The notes below the pieces were generated by a model. That model did not search any database, was not told where the DNA came from, and saw nothing but the letters and a program-made list of their open reading frames with translations. A stretch of 63,789 bases of DNA, filler included, from Bigelowiella natans CCMP2755 (Eukaryota > Protista > Cercozoa): NCBI GenBank assembly GCA_000320545.1. It is 7 parts of 7 records of this genome, joined end to end, with 100 filler letters (N's around TTAATTAATTAA, not from the genome) between each part and the next. Parts side by side here need not be neighbours in the genome. Positions count along the whole stretch, not along the records: positions 1 to 2,364 come from ADNK01001998.1; positions 2,465 to 11,655 come from ADNK01000172.1; positions 11,756 to 31,867 come from ADNK01001751.1; 4 more parts are not named here. One strand, 5' to 3'. The position numbers and the translations under genes were made by a program. Position 1 is the first letter of the stretch; each line of letters begins with the position of its first letter. Below are positions 1 to 14,824 of the stretch, in pieces.

Positions 1-159
1 AGACATTGAGCAACAGAAGGAAAAAAAATCGGATACTTAACAACAAATGATTGTGTAGATACTACTCTATATTGGGGTGTACGGCCGCACTCTCAGTAAG
101 GCGCTCTATCTCACCCTCACCCCCGCTATATATATATATATGTACACTACACACACACA

Positions 160-213
<54 letters not shown>

Positions 214-327
214 CGTATATAGAAGATACGCACATATATTTATTTTGCGGGCATGGATGTGCGTGACCAAGCCCACAACAGCAACAACAGCAATAACCAA
301 TAACAACAACTTATATTCCTACTTCTA

Positions 328-359
<32 letters not shown>

Positions 360-375
360 AACTACTACTACTCAG

Positions 376-722
376 GCGGCTGTATACATTGTGGCGGCCT
401 TCATCGGATCCGTACTGGTAGTGTCCATTGGGTCGTGCATGTGCGCCAACCTGGGCGAGGGAGTGCTGGGGGGGGGGCGAGGCGGCGGATGGACCCAACA
501 CGAAGAAGCTGCGGCGGCAAGTGGAAGGCGCCACCATAACAGTGACGGTGCAAGCAGTAACAATAACCACGAATACGTGCGGCTGAGCAACGGCGATGAT
601 GTAGTTGGGTCGGGAAAGAAGAAGAGAGGCTTGGGAAGACGAGAGGCTGCTGGTGATACTGCTACTACTACTACTACTACTAGTAATGGAGGCATCAAAA
701 GCATAAAGCTCGAGACAAGCAT

Positions 723-761
<39 letters not shown>

Positions 762-1062
762 GGACCCTGGGAGAAGCAAAAGTGGTGTTCTCGCGCCGGG
801 GGGCATGCTCGGAAGCGCCGAGGCCAATGCGAACGGGAACAACTACCACCACTCGTACGACAATAAAAATGATTGCGGTAGCAGCCACGCCATCAATAGA
901 ATCGATAGCAGCAATGAGAAAGATACAACCTGCTCATCGTCACACACGACGAGGACACGCAAGAGCAACGACGACAGCTGCAACGATGCGGGGAGCCTCA
1001 GCGTTGCAGCAGCTGCATCGCAAGGAGCCAACTACGATGCGCTTTCGAGGACGGAAAGGTAA
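376..1062 (+). CDS. Probable last exon of a membrane protein gene (hydrophobic segment then low-complexity tail); function unknown
   Basis: CAG acceptor at ~375 after a (CTA)n intron; open frame AAVYIVAAFIGSVLVVSIG...ANYDALSRTER*. No family motif recognised. Confidence 0.3.
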
Positions 1063-2364
1063 AGAGCCGGCGTGTGTGGTAAAAGCGCGCGTGGCGATTG
1101 GGGTTCCAGGTGTGACGCAAAGGACACCTGATATTGTACAATTCGTCAAAATGAACCAACAGCAGTAATTATCAGAATGAAATGTTTAGTATATGAAAAA
1201 TAACGGGGAATGATCGACGATTTTTTAGTCTGCTGGCCTTGTCTTCCTCTGCAGATCATGCGCATGCGAGCTGCCGAGCCAAATTCCCTACTTATCATAC
1301 TCCTTATTCGGATATGCATCCACTTCTGGACTTGCAATCTGGCAATGCTAGCTTGCGCACTGGCGTTCCAATGAAGAAAATCATGCATTTTCATCGCTTG
1401 CATCGACAATATAGCCTAAATGCGTTACGTTATATGAGGTGTAGTAAACTGTTGCCGTGAAACACGAGTGTACTAGCGCTCATGCCGGCGCGTAATGAGC
1501 ACGCAGTGCTTCATTATTGCTAGCTCGTGTAGCGCACAGGGTGGTGTTGGCTGTTAGCTAGAGCATTGTTGCCGCTCCTAGCGCTATCTAGCTATGTGCA
1601 CTTGCTCATTGCGACTCGGTAGTTCATTGTGTGTACTCAATGACGAAGCAATGAGGCAAAGTTTGTGGGAAAATAACACTAAAGGGCGAGTTTATGAAGT
1701 AAGATTGTTAAGTACGACATGACACAAAAAGACGCAAATGGCATTTTTGCGTTTTTACACCCACACAGCGCTCTAGTCGCACTACATTGCATAGGTACAT
1801 GAGGATGACCATTGAACAAACTTGATTGATTCATTACATCCGTCTTGCATGCATCACAGTCATTTCTAGATTGGCCGTGCACGAGCAAACTCATTTCGCT
1901 GCCTTGGACAACTATGGACACGCGATGTGAATATGGCTGATGGTCTGATCAAGCGCTTCTATAGCAATGGATGTCGCGTTGCACGTACGCTGTGGGTCGT
2001 GCATGCAGCTCTCACCTCATCACTATAAGTCCCATTCCGGAAAGAGCGCTTCGAATTCTTGTTCGTACCAAGGACAGGCCTCGGTCAAATGCCACTCGCC
2101 ATGTTGACGGAGCCGCCGAATCTTCTTTACGTTTGAGACTGTATGGAGAAACTGCGTGTCCCCATTGATCCACTTGGCCGTGTGGCTGGGGGTGGACGCA
2201 AGTGTGTGTGTGTGGGGGGGGGGGGGGGGGGGGAAAACCCCGACGGACATGACACAAAACAAGATACAATACCATAAAGTTAAATCTTAATGGTGCCCAA
2301 AGAATTTTCCCTAAACCGACCTTTATCTGGGGTGAAAGATTCCCCCCCCCTCCATTTCGTCCCC

Positions 2365-2464
2365 NNNNNNNNNNNNNNNNNNNNNNNNNNNNNNNNNNNN
2401 NNNNNNNNTTAATTAATTAANNNNNNNNNNNNNNNNNNNNNNNNNNNNNNNNNNNNNNNNNNNN
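2365..2464. other. Assembly linker (N44-TTAATTAATTAA-N44)
   Basis: Identical 100-bp spacer with six-frame stops recurs six times in the window. Confidence 0.97.
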
Positions 2465-2803
2465 GCGATCCAATTCGCGAGTTATCCTTAATAGTGTTTG
2501 CAATGGATCCTCATCATCTTTCCCTCCTCCTCCTCTCCTCTCCTCCTCTTCCCACTCACCGATATTTGGTATTGGTGTCTTTCTTGACTACGTGGGTACG
2601 CAGCACTTTGCTAGGATCGAGCCCCCAGCCATTCGTACACGTCTGTGGATGCAGGGGAAAGGCATGAATATGATAAGGTGGAGGGAAGTGCTGCTTCTTG
2701 GGTGGTTGCGTGTATAAGAAGCGGCGTCTTTTCATTACGTGCATCATCGCTTTGTGTTTGACTAGCCTAAGAACCGTCGTGTATGTGAGCGTATGCGTGG
2801 GCG

Positions 2804-2849
<46 letters not shown>

Positions 2850-3090
2850 CATCGATATCATTGAAAAACTCAAAGGCGTTACGGTATGTTAAGCACAACA
2901 AACGACCACGCGCACCCTGACCCCCCCCTTACACAACATCACCTTTCAATATAGGGTCCGGGTCCTGCTGCAAATCTTCCAGCTTTATCACTGACATTGT
3001 AATGATTGCGGTGGTGGGTAGAAGTGGTGGCGTCAGAAGAAGAACAGGAGGAGGAGGAGGAGGAGGAGGAGGAGGGCAGATGTAGCTATA

Positions 3091-3128
<38 letters not shown>

Positions 3129-3413
3129 ACGTGTCTATTTAGGATCCCCCCTCCCACCTCCCCCTTCTTCACGGTGATATTGTCCGACCGACCTTTAACA
3201 AATTTGAGGTATTCCTTGTCCTCGTTCATATACTCCATCACCGATATCTTGGAGGAGATGATGAGAGGAAAAAAAGGGGGATGAAGAAGGAAGCTTCGTA
3301 AGATGAAAATGCTGATAGACAGACGATGAGGGACCCCGAAAGCAACACACACCCTAGACACGCGCTTACATTACATTTATGATATATATTATCTAATAGT
3401 TACTTATTTGATA

Positions 3414-3451
<38 letters not shown>

Positions 3452-4019
3452 CACGTAGGGAGGGAGGGAGAGAGAGAAGAGGGGATGGAGGAGAGTAGAT
3501 TCCCATAAAACAACTCAATGTCTCAAAGGGATCTGTTACTTAATTTAGAATCACGATATCAACGCCTAGCCTCATCATCATGAACCCTCCCTCCCCCCCT
3601 CCCTCCCTAATATTAGCACCTACCCAATTGGCAACGAGCAGAGGGATAGGCATTTTCGCGCAAACTGACCACGCCTGCAAACACGCAGCGAAGAGGATAT
3701 ATCATCGTCTCGATAATAATCCTCCATGATGATCTGCTCACGCACTTATAATACACATCCTGATTTTTGTTTTTTTAAAGACTTCTCCCCCCCCCCTCCG
3801 CCGAGACACACACTATATAGTGATATGGTTAATTACCTACTGTTACTACTACAACAACTACTACTACTACTAGTAGTAGTAGTAGTAGTAGTAGTAGTAT
3901 CACTACCGCTGCTGCTACTACTCCAAGCTCTACCTTATGTGACATTGCGTTGGCGATAGGGTGGCGTGTGATGAACAAAAACTTCACTCGGGACTCTCCG
4001 CCTGTATATATTTCCAAAA

Positions 4020-4050
<31 letters not shown>

Positions 4051-4186
4051 TCATACATATTATAACACTACATTAAAAATATAGAAAGATCGCTTGCAGT
4101 CACTGTTTTATCATAATTCCATACACACACACAAGGGGTAATATCAATCGATCCAAACAGCCCTTTAAATGGTAGCTATCTACGAC

Positions 4187-4232
<46 letters not shown>

Positions 4233-4505
4233 CCACCTGGAGATTTGATGTTGATCAACTCCTGCAGAAATCGTGAGATCACAGCATTTGAAGGGCTCTG
4301 ATGGTGGAGGCGGTGGTCGAGATGGCCGGATTCAAAAGGGGGGCGGCAATGATGTCGGTCGTCACACGAGCCACCGCAGCGGTATCATACACCATGAGGT
4401 GCATTATGCGCGTACATAGAAGTAGTCGTTTCCGTCAAGTGATCTTCTCCACAACCTCCACCCACACTTCGCCCACCATTTCTTACACTACGCGCATGCA
4501 CATAG

Positions 4506-4547
<42 letters not shown>

Positions 4548-4834
4548 TTAATTATATATAATTATATATGTATTTTATATACAGTAGCTGCATGCAGCAG
4601 CAGCAGCAGCAGCAGCAGCAGCACGTACCTTCTCCAAAAGGACTGGTTTCGATAGATCCCAAAAGTATCTGTCGTTTGTCCGGAGAACACTCCATTAGCT
4701 GCGCAGAAGCTGCAAGCGTCGCGGCCCCCACCATTGTTACTAGTTTCTTCGTTGCGAGCATTTTTTTAACATTTTCTTGACTCAATCACAACCCCTCACA
4801 CGAAGCAGCCCACAGGCGCAGTCACACAACTAAA

Positions 4835-4885
<51 letters not shown>

Positions 4886-5192
4886 TTTTTTTTCAGAAAA
4901 GAGCAATTAACCCAAAACGGTTTAGCAGCCGCGCTTGATTCTTCTCACTGACCTGTGTGTGGATGATATCGGTAAAGGCACACACACAAAATTAGGTGCG
5001 CATATTTAGACTCGAGCAATGTTATGTATTGTGCTGCGTGAATACGCACCAGGCGATGGGTCTCGTTGAGATGCACATCTTTCTCAGCGACCAGTGCATA
5101 CTGTCCCAGTCCGCCATGGCGACTAATAAGTTGCAATAAGACATGTGATGATAAACAGTAATAATAATGATAATAAAAACAATGTATTCTAT

Positions 5193-5236
<44 letters not shown>

Positions 5237-5617
5237 GTGTTTGTGCGTGTGCGAACCGTCTCCAGTCCGTTTCGGCATATTCATTTCCAATCCCGAAATT
5301 CGGGTAAACGTCTTGCATGAAAATCCCCTCGGAAAGATCTGGAACAGTAGTTCACAAGCAGGAGCGAATGGGCGTATTTGGCATGCTTTCAATGTCTATA
5401 TGCATTGTGCGTAATATCGATGTTCTTGTTCGTCCTGAATTCACCGATGCCAGTGTCCTCCTGGCTCCCCAGATCAGATATGTCAGGATGCTGTCGCAGG
5501 CATTCCCATAGCACGGTAGTCCCTTTTTTTTCCCAGAGGTGTTCAAGTGGGAGTTAGTGGAAGTTAAGGGGAGGGTAAAGATATAATCTGAGCAATCAAA
5601 ACACACCACTCTCCCCA

Positions 5618-5660
<43 letters not shown>

Positions 5661-6196
5661 GCACGTACGTATACACACGCTCGCACACTTACAATTATAA
5701 TAAACACCACCACCACAAAAGATAAATTATATTGGATATAGGGCCAGGATTTCCACAACAGTGTTGGGAGCTTATTGACCTCCTCTATGGGGCCCCCCGA
5801 GCATAAGCACCGTCTTTCCTGGGAGGATTTCTGTCTGCCATTTTTCCGGCGTGTGGGCGAGATTCTTGAAGGACTCAGGAATGAAGAAATTAATACCGTA
5901 CGTCTGAAATATCGGAAAACGTACGTGTTAGAAGAAAACGCGAAATTTGTGACTATTTACACCTCGAGTATGCTGGTATACCCTACCTTGTATGCAAAAC
6001 CACACGCGAGAGAGGGGAGGACAACGCACGGTATAAGGAACAGAGACCATGCAGCGTATGTCTCCCATTCAGAACCTCCCTTTTTCCCCTTATCCGCAGC
6101 GGGCTTGCTCTTCCTGCTGTCCCCCCCCCCGGCGCTGGTGGTGGTCTTTTTCGTCTTCCGACGCATCTCGAATTCTAGCAGCTCGTGGGGCCCCAT
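2465..6196 (-). CDS. Possible multi-exon gene of unknown function (exon structure unresolved)
   Basis: Non-repetitive minus-strand segments bounded by GT/AG between microsatellite introns (e.g. 2561-2767, ~2930-3000, ~3130-3250, ~4630-4780, ~6030-6196) with plausible translations; no domain recognised. Confidence 0.3.
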
Positions 6197-7464
6197 TTCT
6201 CCTTACGACTACAGACAACATCGAAAGTACGATAAAAACGTAGTGTATTTTGTCCGGAAGCGACTACCACCTGCAAGGTCGAATTCGGGGAGTCCCGAGA
6301 GATGAGGAACGACAACATGTGGTATCAATACCCGTTATTAACCGTACGTGGAGAGAGAGCAACCACACGCTCTGTGAGAGAGACCGCTCATCAAAAATGG
6401 ACCGACTGGAATGACTCGAAGATGAAAGCACACGGCCGATCGATCATGGGAATCAACATGAAGCAGCACCGAGGGTCCTTTCATGGCCCCTAGGCTAGTT
6501 TTCGCACTGCGTTTGGAAACAGAAACTAAGAAACACAGATTGTGCCGGCTCAGAGACGTGCGTACGTAGCCACAGCACAGCATGAACAAATGAAAATATT
6601 CAATTCAAAAAGAAAACTCACGCAGGCACAGGAAACATCTCAGGAAATAACGGGGCAGAAATCGTTGAGAAAATCGACGAGAATGGAGGTCTGAGATGAC
6701 TTTTTTTGCCAGAGTTCGCGAGGGCTTTGGTAGTACACGCAGCATCTTGCTCGCACTGACTCAAAATTCGAAGGATGTAGGGCGCTCTCCACTGAATTCA
6801 TGCCAAATTCGCGCCTCATCTGCCAAAATTGATCTTTTAATTCTAAGATACATCAAGGATTCACCCCCTCGAATTCCCTTGCATTTTCTGCAGGTAATGC
6901 GACATCCTGGGCGAAAATAGAACCGAGCTGGTTGTTTTTCTGCATTTTGTGCATGAACATGAAACAGTGTCAGGATCTTAAACTACCTCAAAAAAGAAGC
7001 CGCTTGTTTCTTCCAACATGAGCGTCTTTCAGAATGCAGTAGCCCGTCAAGCATGCATGTTTAGTCAAAATAGAACTCATTCCTCCCATGCGACATAAAC
7101 ATACATGAATTATACCGTATAAACGTCTTTCTGACCTGAACATTGAGCCAATTTGTGGACTCATCACGCAAAGGGCACAGTTTGCAAACAGCGTTGGATT
7201 CTCCCCTTCCTATCATTGTCCCTATAGACACCAGGAAAAATGCTCAGTGAGAGGGAGTTCGAAGTTACAAGGGTATTAGCGGGATTGATTGGGCATGGAT
7301 CTTCTAAGGCGAAGGTAAAAACTAGGGTTCTGAGAGAAGTTTGTATTTCCTTGCTCTTTTGACCAATTTCCCCCCCTGCATTGATGGCTTTGATCTTTTT
7401 GCGCACAAACTTGGAAGACATATTTTCCTCCTCTTCTCAATTTTTTTCTGTCGAGAAGTTGGGA

Positions 7465-8912
7465 ATGGATCATTCGATGAAACTAAGGCGAAGTTTGATA
7501 CAGGGAGAGCACATGGCTATGGAGTTGTCATCACAGAAATCTCCATTTGAGCCGAATCGTTTTTCAAATTCTGCATATCAAGATAACGGCCTCCATCAGG
7601 AGAGGCAAAAGGGAAAGCTTTCAATCCAAGTCAACAGGCCATACGTTTCAGAAGAGTTCTTCACTCCCAAAGAAGCTCAAAGCTCAGATGAGGTCAGTTA
7701 AACTAAAAAGACGTCTCGTTGAGGGCAAAAACAAGGATATAAGCAGTGATGGAATAGCCTTCATGCGTAATCGCCCTCTTCAGCCTTGTTCATATTTTCG
7801 CACAGCAGTTAATCTGAACAATAACTTGTTCGCTAGATAAGGAGGAGTAATCTATTTGCTAAAACCTTTCCTCTTGGTGTTGTTGTTTACAACAACAGGA
7901 GCAAAGGAATTCCCACCGCAAGCGATCTGGTACCATCCTATTTCGACACGAAAGTACGAGCCAAGGAAAATTATTTTTGGGAGGTGGCATGGAGCAGAAG
8001 ATAACGGAGCGACCGTATCAACGTCAACGAAGGCGGTGCATGGCATCCTCCCCTCAAAATCAGCGTGTGAAAGTTCGTGCGACTTTCGATCAGGAGAGCG
8101 GAAAAGCAACTTACTGGGCACAATGCACTGAGGTAATGGAAGCACTAGATGGTTGGTTCAGTAAATGAAGAACTGCCTCACTCTATATAGGCTAAATGTT
8201 GGATGATGATGACGATGATGATTTATCCCTTTCAATGATCCATGCGAATCCTCTAGTTGGTTGTCAGTATTAATCTCACTACTTCCTGTTCTTCTAGACG
8301 TGCTGCAGAAAATGGAGACGGCTTCCTCGAATGGCTGCTCACGAGTCCCTACACCGCAACTGGACGTGCCCCGACCTCAAAGACTGTACATGCTCGCTGG
8401 CTGAGGAAAAGCCTGTGGGGGAGAAAGTCCTGACGAAATCAGGCGAGAGGCAAGTCTACTACATCAGCAAGCAGCAATTCTACGCGCACGTGGACAAATA
8501 CTACGCGTCGATAAAGCTCCGAAGGAGAAAGGGTGTGATGAGAACAGTCATAGGGTACCAGCCAGTGGACCTCTACCGACTCTACCGCGAGGTTATAGGT
8601 CTTGGGGGATGCGATGCGGTCACTGCCCGTCCAGGCCAGTGGGGTGAGATCTTCCACCGGATGACACACTTCAAGGTGCGCGATGCCTCTCACAAGCTGA
8701 AGCTGCTATACAAGCAGTGTCTCTACCTCTACGAGCAGTATTTTTATTTTGGAATAAATTATAAGAATGGGGTATCCGACTCGTCCCCCTATGTGCGCCC
8801 GCGCTCGCTCGTGGCACGCTCAAAGCGTTTGTTTCCTGTTTGTTCGACGGGCGTTTCTGCCTCCTCTGGATACTCTCAGACGACTTCATTGAAACGTTTA
8901 CGCTTCGAATGA
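7465..8912 (+). CDS. CW-type zinc finger + ARID/BRIGHT domain protein (spliced; start approximate)
   Basis: Splicing 8132/8298 (GT..AG) gives WAQCTE-TCCRKWRRLP...WTCPDLKDCTCSLAEE, the zf-CW pattern. It is followed by VDLYRLYREVIGLGGCDAVT...WGEI...LKLLYKQCLYLYE, the ARID consensus. Confidence 0.85.
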
Positions 8913-10270
8913 GGGGAGAAAGAAGACGGTCATCATGGGACGTGGTGCGTGGGATTAAAGGAAGGGTTCATTCTCGCCACTCACCAACCAATTTAGATCT
9001 ATAAACGAATTGCACATAGAATCATAAAGCTGCTCGTTGGTCCTTTAATACCTTTTTTTGCTTCTCTGCCGATGTGTACTCATCTGTAACCTCCTAACCG
9101 AATTATATACACACTGTTACAATGCAAACGCATACTGCGAAAGGGAATAGACTGACTTTGGCCCATTCGTATAATATCATCATTTGTACACATACAATAA
9201 CAAACGAGTTGATATCAGGAAGCCCCCATTTTCCCAGTTTTATTTCCTTCGGCAAGTTTGAATTGCGACTTAATATCGAAGTGGCAGCTAGTGTTTATTT
9301 GTGGAATTATACTTCTATGATATTCCTGGAACTTGTACCTTTGGAGATTGAGATTGAGCTATGTATACACTCATCGTGCATATAGCAAACCTTGGGGGCT
9401 TCCCATTCTAGATGTATGTCATTATTCAATTACTTCTCATCTGTACGTTATCAGCAAAAGATGAAATGCATTCTATCTAATTAAATATCTTCATTTGCTC
9501 GGAGTATTTTTCTCCTTGAGCCCTCAATTATAAATTAGAAAAGAATCATGACTTATCATTATGAAGTAGCATTGTATGACGAGATAAGTTATCATCATTG
9601 CCATGTTCTCTAATGATCGATGTAATGGGGAGAAGAGACCCCTCTACGTAATTATCAAGCTTGAATGCATAACGTACAACGTGGTGCGCATTATAGTATG
9701 TCTGCAAGATGTTTGTGATATTAATGAATGGGGTTTAATACAAGCAATTACGATGACTAGGATTAAGGTGTAGAGTAGACGCTGCTATGTGCCGTGCTGT
9801 TAAGTATCATTATTAGCCCTCGCGCGTAGTTCCTCAAAAGAATTGATAAAACAGCAATGTAGCTATGCGTCATTCGTTTAATTGATTTTGTGTGACGTAG
9901 GAACGTGCACCAGCGGCTACATAGCGCCCGTCATCATCGCTTCACATAATAACCATTCATGTTGATCTGATAGGACGGCAGGTAGCTGCAAGCGCTAATT
10001 TGGGCTACATTCGAACTCAAAAGCGCCTGTAGCATCATATTCGCAGGGCATCGCTTGAGCTACTTCAATTGCATTATTATGTATGTACTATTTTAATTTA
10101 GAGTCCTCGTTTTGCATCGACACGTGCATGTGATATGTGATGCGTGTTTACATGCTAGCTACTTTGTACGTACAGCAACCTGCAGTGTGCCTCGTGCGCC
10201 TACGTGTGGTACGCATGTTTCCTCATTTCACACGAACGTGAGAAAATCTACTTAACAAATGCCCTTTTCG

Positions 10271-11655
10271 CTAGAAGTGAGACGACGATCTTCCTCTATT
10301 ACTAGAATATCCTCTTCCTCCACGGTGCCTTGGGTTGGAAGAAGAATCCGTCTTTGTTCTCGTCGTCGTGGGCGACCCTGAAGCTTTTCTTCGGTTGATA
10401 TTCTTTCGAAAACTTCGCTTGCGACTGAAAGTTTTCTCCACCGGAGTGCCTATGTTTGCATGAAACGAGAATGGAAGAAAGAATGGCAAATTATTTAAAA
10501 TGCGGAAGAAGAAGGAGAATAAGAAGAGAAAAAGACCCTAACATGTCCTTCTAGTGGAGCTAACGTTCGATATCATCTCGAAATCCATTCAACTTCGAGA
10601 TGATGATTATTGATATAGCGCTGTTTGGAACTGGACTGCGATGTCTCAGCTGCTCGGACCGTGTTTGCAGGACACAAATCACCCCTTGTCTTTCGATATG
10701 ACAGTACTCTCCCATGCTTTATTTTGAAGCTTTAATCAAATCTAAATTACCCGTCTCAATGGCGGCGCGAAGGCCCAACGCCAGATCACGCGAGCTTTCG
10801 TCGATAATAGATGTCACGACGCCTTTTCTCCCTAATCGCCCAGTTCTCCCCACACGATGGAGGAAATCAACTGCGTTTCCGGCGAAATCAGCCTGCAGCA
10901 CATGCCCGAGACGAGGCAGGTCGATACCTGACATCATTCGAAGCCATCATCATCTTCTTCATCATCCTTATCATGATTTTCATTATCGCACTCCTCCTCT
11001 CTTCTCTTCATCATCGCCTTATCACCCGTGGCGTTGTCACTTACTACCTCTAGCAGCAGCGTCGGTGCACACGAGCACAAGTCGCTCAGTAGCCGGTCCT
11101 CCCTCTCCCCCCCCTTCCTGTCCTTCTCCTCCCTCTCCCCCCCCCTCCTCCTCCTGCTCCCTCATCCTCCTCATCTCGTCGAGAAGGTCCTGCCGCGATT
11201 CAGCGGAGATTTCGCGGTGCCACGGTTCTGCACGAATTCCGGGGATTGCGTCGAGCCCCCGAGCGATCGCATCGGCCGATGCGATCTTGTTGCAGAAGAC
11301 GATGGAGCGCGTGGGGCCTGCGAGGATGGCCTTTGATAGTAGCGGTATTCGACGGGCAGCGGCCTCTAGTGCCAGGGGATCTGGTTTCTGATGAAGGCGA
11401 TCATAGGAAAAGAGCGTGAGCGTTTATTGCGATGGTGGAGAACACCATCGTACAGCAGGCTGCAGCCGGTCAGCACACGCACGTACATTGTGTGTGTGTG
11501 TGTGTGCGTGTGTGTGTGTGTACAAACACACCTTTGCATCATACTCTTCATCGTCCTCGTCGAAATCAAAGGAATCGTCGTCCTTGTCGTCCTCGTCGAT
11601 TTCCCCTTCTTCCCACGACACAGAGGAGGAGGAGGAGAGGAGAGGGGGAGCTTTC
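10271..11655 (-). CDS. DEAD-box RNA helicase, C-terminal half (RH22-like organellar type); 5' part lost in gap
   Basis: Exons give SIVFCNKIASAD (motif IV), LVCTDAAARG|IDLP (motif V), DFLHRVGRTGRLG (motif VI) and a PVEKTFSRKRSFRK tail resembling plant RH22. Confidence 0.88.
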
Positions 11656-11755
11656 NNNNNNNNNNNNNNNNNNNNNNNNNNNNNNNNNNNNNNNNNNNNT
11701 TAATTAATTAANNNNNNNNNNNNNNNNNNNNNNNNNNNNNNNNNNNNNNNNNNNN
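11656..11755. other. Assembly linker
   Basis: N44-TTAATTAATTAA-N44. Confidence 0.97.
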
Positions 11756-12196
11756 ACAACTTTTAGAGCGAGAAGCGGGGTCGGCCGGCTGTCATCGCTC
11801 TCTCTCTCTCTCCTCCTCTCTCTCCTTTCTCTCTGGGTTCAATCTCTCTCTCTCTCTCCCTTTCTCTTTCTCTATCTCCCTCTCTCTTTTTTCTTTCTCC
11901 CTCTCTCTCTCTCTCTCCCTCCCCCCTCTCTCGCTCTCTTTCTTTCCTTCTCTTTCCCTCCCTGCTGCTGTTGTGACCCGTGTTGTCCGTGTTCGCCGAG
12001 GCGTGTGCGATATCGTCGCTGCTGCTGCTGCTGTTGATCGTCGATTTGCTATCGTCATCGTGGACTTGGGGGCTCTGCTGACGACGGTTTTGTGTCTTTC
12101 TTCCAGGCATGGCTCACGCTCTTTTGCTACTCCAAGCCATTCGAGTCAGTTGTTTTTGCGGTGTATCATCTACCTCCTGGTGGCGATGGGAAGCGC

Positions 12197-12249
<53 letters not shown>

Positions 12250-13308
12250 GCTCGCTCGCTCTTTCTCTGTGACAATTCACGGTGATGGTGTTCAAGTCAG
12301 AATCCGGCTCCCCATCACATACGACGCGCGCACAGCACACATATCGTTTTTCCGTCACTAAAATCTCGCCCCTTCTCGCCTAACCCTCCCCCCTCCCTCC
12401 CCCCCCCGGCCAATGACTCTTATCCCTCTTAGATTCATCGATACCATCTTCCTGGTTCTTAGGAAAAGGCCAGTAAGGTTTGCTGCCTTTGGGGCCTGAT
12501 AGACATTAGAGTTATATACTGAATAGCAGCAGCACAACCCAAATACACCATAAAATTCGTGCGCAAGGGCGCATCTCCCCAGCACCGAGGGCGGGATGCC
12601 GATGATGCGACTTCCCCCCCCCTGCACACCAGAACAATGTAGCGTGACGTATATCTCTCGCATCCAATTTCAGTGCACGGGTGAAGGAGGAAGGTGGTCT
12701 TTGCGTTTTGCAAAGACGACTTACTTATTGTGCATTGTCCCCCCCTCCTCCCATCATGTGCCCCTCTTATTAGCCGTCTTCACGCTATCCACCATTTGGT
12801 GACGATGTGGTTCGCCTGGCTGAACTTAGTGCTATTCGCCTCTCCAGGGCTGGTGAGTCGTTAATTATCTGCTCTACTCTGTCCCGCGCTCTATTTCTCG
12901 TTTCTTCCTGTTTTCGGCGGGGGAGGGGGGGGGCTAGGCTAGGGGGGGCTTGCCGTTTGTGGAGCTGCTCTCTTCCGCGTGCGGTGTGTGCGGTGGTGAG
13001 GCGGGTTCAGATTGGATGTTTGCCTTTGCAATACCGAGTAGGTCTTTGCGCTGATTAACGCCTTCGTCCACAGCCTCATGTACGTCTACTTAAAAAGCGT
13101 CGTTAGATCGCAATTGGTGGTTATCAGAGGGTGCTCTTTGTTATGTTCTGGTTGTCGACGATGATCATGCGTGTGTGATGGGCTTGTTGCCATCACCGTT
13201 GCCGTCGTCGTTGCCGTTGTCAAATTTATCGTGAGTGCGAGCGATTGCAACGAGTGGAGGGTTTTTAGTAACAGATGCACGCGTACAGAACATAATTACA
13301 CGCACACG

Positions 13309-13377
<69 letters not shown>

Positions 13378-13395
13378 CCTATAGCATTATGGAAA

Positions 13396-13435
<40 letters not shown>

Positions 13436-13840
13436 AATATATTTGTCACGGTAGATTTTATCTGTGGCGCTTAATATCACTGCTACCATTGCTACTACTA
13501 CTATTGATACTCCTACAACTAGGTACTGTTGGTACTTTCTTGCTAGCATCGGTTGGAAGCCGAAGAGGCTGGCAATAGTTGTTACTGCGCTCCAGAATCT
13601 TCAAATGATGGTCGCGTTGTCACCACAACACACACACACACACACAAACATATAGAAATATATAAGCGGCAACAGCATTCTATATTCGGGTAGTTAAGTG
13701 ACTTGGGCATCATGCATCTTCACATCGTCACCATAGGCCGGCGTTTTCGTCCCAATCTACTTCTTTGCGGTCAGGGAAGAGTGCTATATCCCAGACATCT
13801 ACTGGTAGTAGAAGCAACACCGACATTTGCCACAGCGGCA

Positions 13841-13875
<35 letters not shown>

Positions 13876-14115
13876 ACATGCATTTTCGAGCGAGCAGGCT
13901 ATTGTTCTTACGTGTGCTGCCCCTCTCTATCGTTCACGCATCCCCCCCCCCCCCTTTTTATCTCTCCCTCTGCTCTGTCGTTCGCCATGAACTTGTTTTG
14001 ATGGAGAATCATTGATGCGTTTGCACAGGGCTGTGACGGCTGCGATGTACTCGTTGTATATTTACCTCTTCGGAACCTTGTAAGACGCCAAAATATATTC
14101 CAAACGAGTCGCATT

Positions 14116-14160
<45 letters not shown>

Positions 14161-14337
14161 TCGAAATCAGCAGTGTCAAGTGTACATGAATATAAACATG
14201 CAGATATAAACACACACACACACGCACACGCACGCGATATATATATTATCTAGAATGTAGGTGTTTATGCGTATGGTCTCACTCTCTCTCGCTCGCTCTC
14301 TCTCCCTGTCTATCTGCATATGTGTGTGCGTCTGTGC

Positions 14338-14377
<40 letters not shown>

Positions 14378-14824
14378 ATGGAGAGCTATGGAAATCTAGA
14401 GAAAGCGAGTGTCAACTTGGAAGTAAGATGTGTGTTATTTGCATGTTCCTTAGGTTCTATGATCTCTATGTTCGGAGTTAATCTGCAATCCTGATGATTA
14501 CAATGAGCACGATTCTGTTGTGAATTTACGAATCAAAAAGCAGCCGTAGAGGCATTACTCTTATACTCTGAGCCTGCTAGCCTACCGCTAAATAAGTATG
14601 GTTAAGCTGCTGGTTGGGAGTGGCATCGTCGCATGAGAATAATGGAAAGCATTACTTTGAGCCATGCTAGCATGTAGCCACTTGCCGCTATGATTAAGTT
14701 TCACATGTAGTGATCCCTTGCGGTTTGTCAGCTACCCGCGTCGTAGGGACGATAATTGACATTTTTCCTGAGAAATGAATTCGATGAACACGTCCGAATC
14801 TACGAAACAAGCTGGCAATTAGAA

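Noticed and set aside
77-328. ORFs with YIYIYI, HTHTHT, ERERER, CVCVCV, LSLSLS runs here and throughout
   Set aside because: Translations of intronic dinucleotide microsatellites.
2409-2420. TTAATTAATTAA palindrome recurring six times
   Set aside because: Always centred in 44+44 Ns; an artificial six-frame-stop scaffold linker, not biology.
10714-11391. 225-aa plus-strand ORF
   Set aside because: Antisense shadow of the DEAD-box helicase exons.
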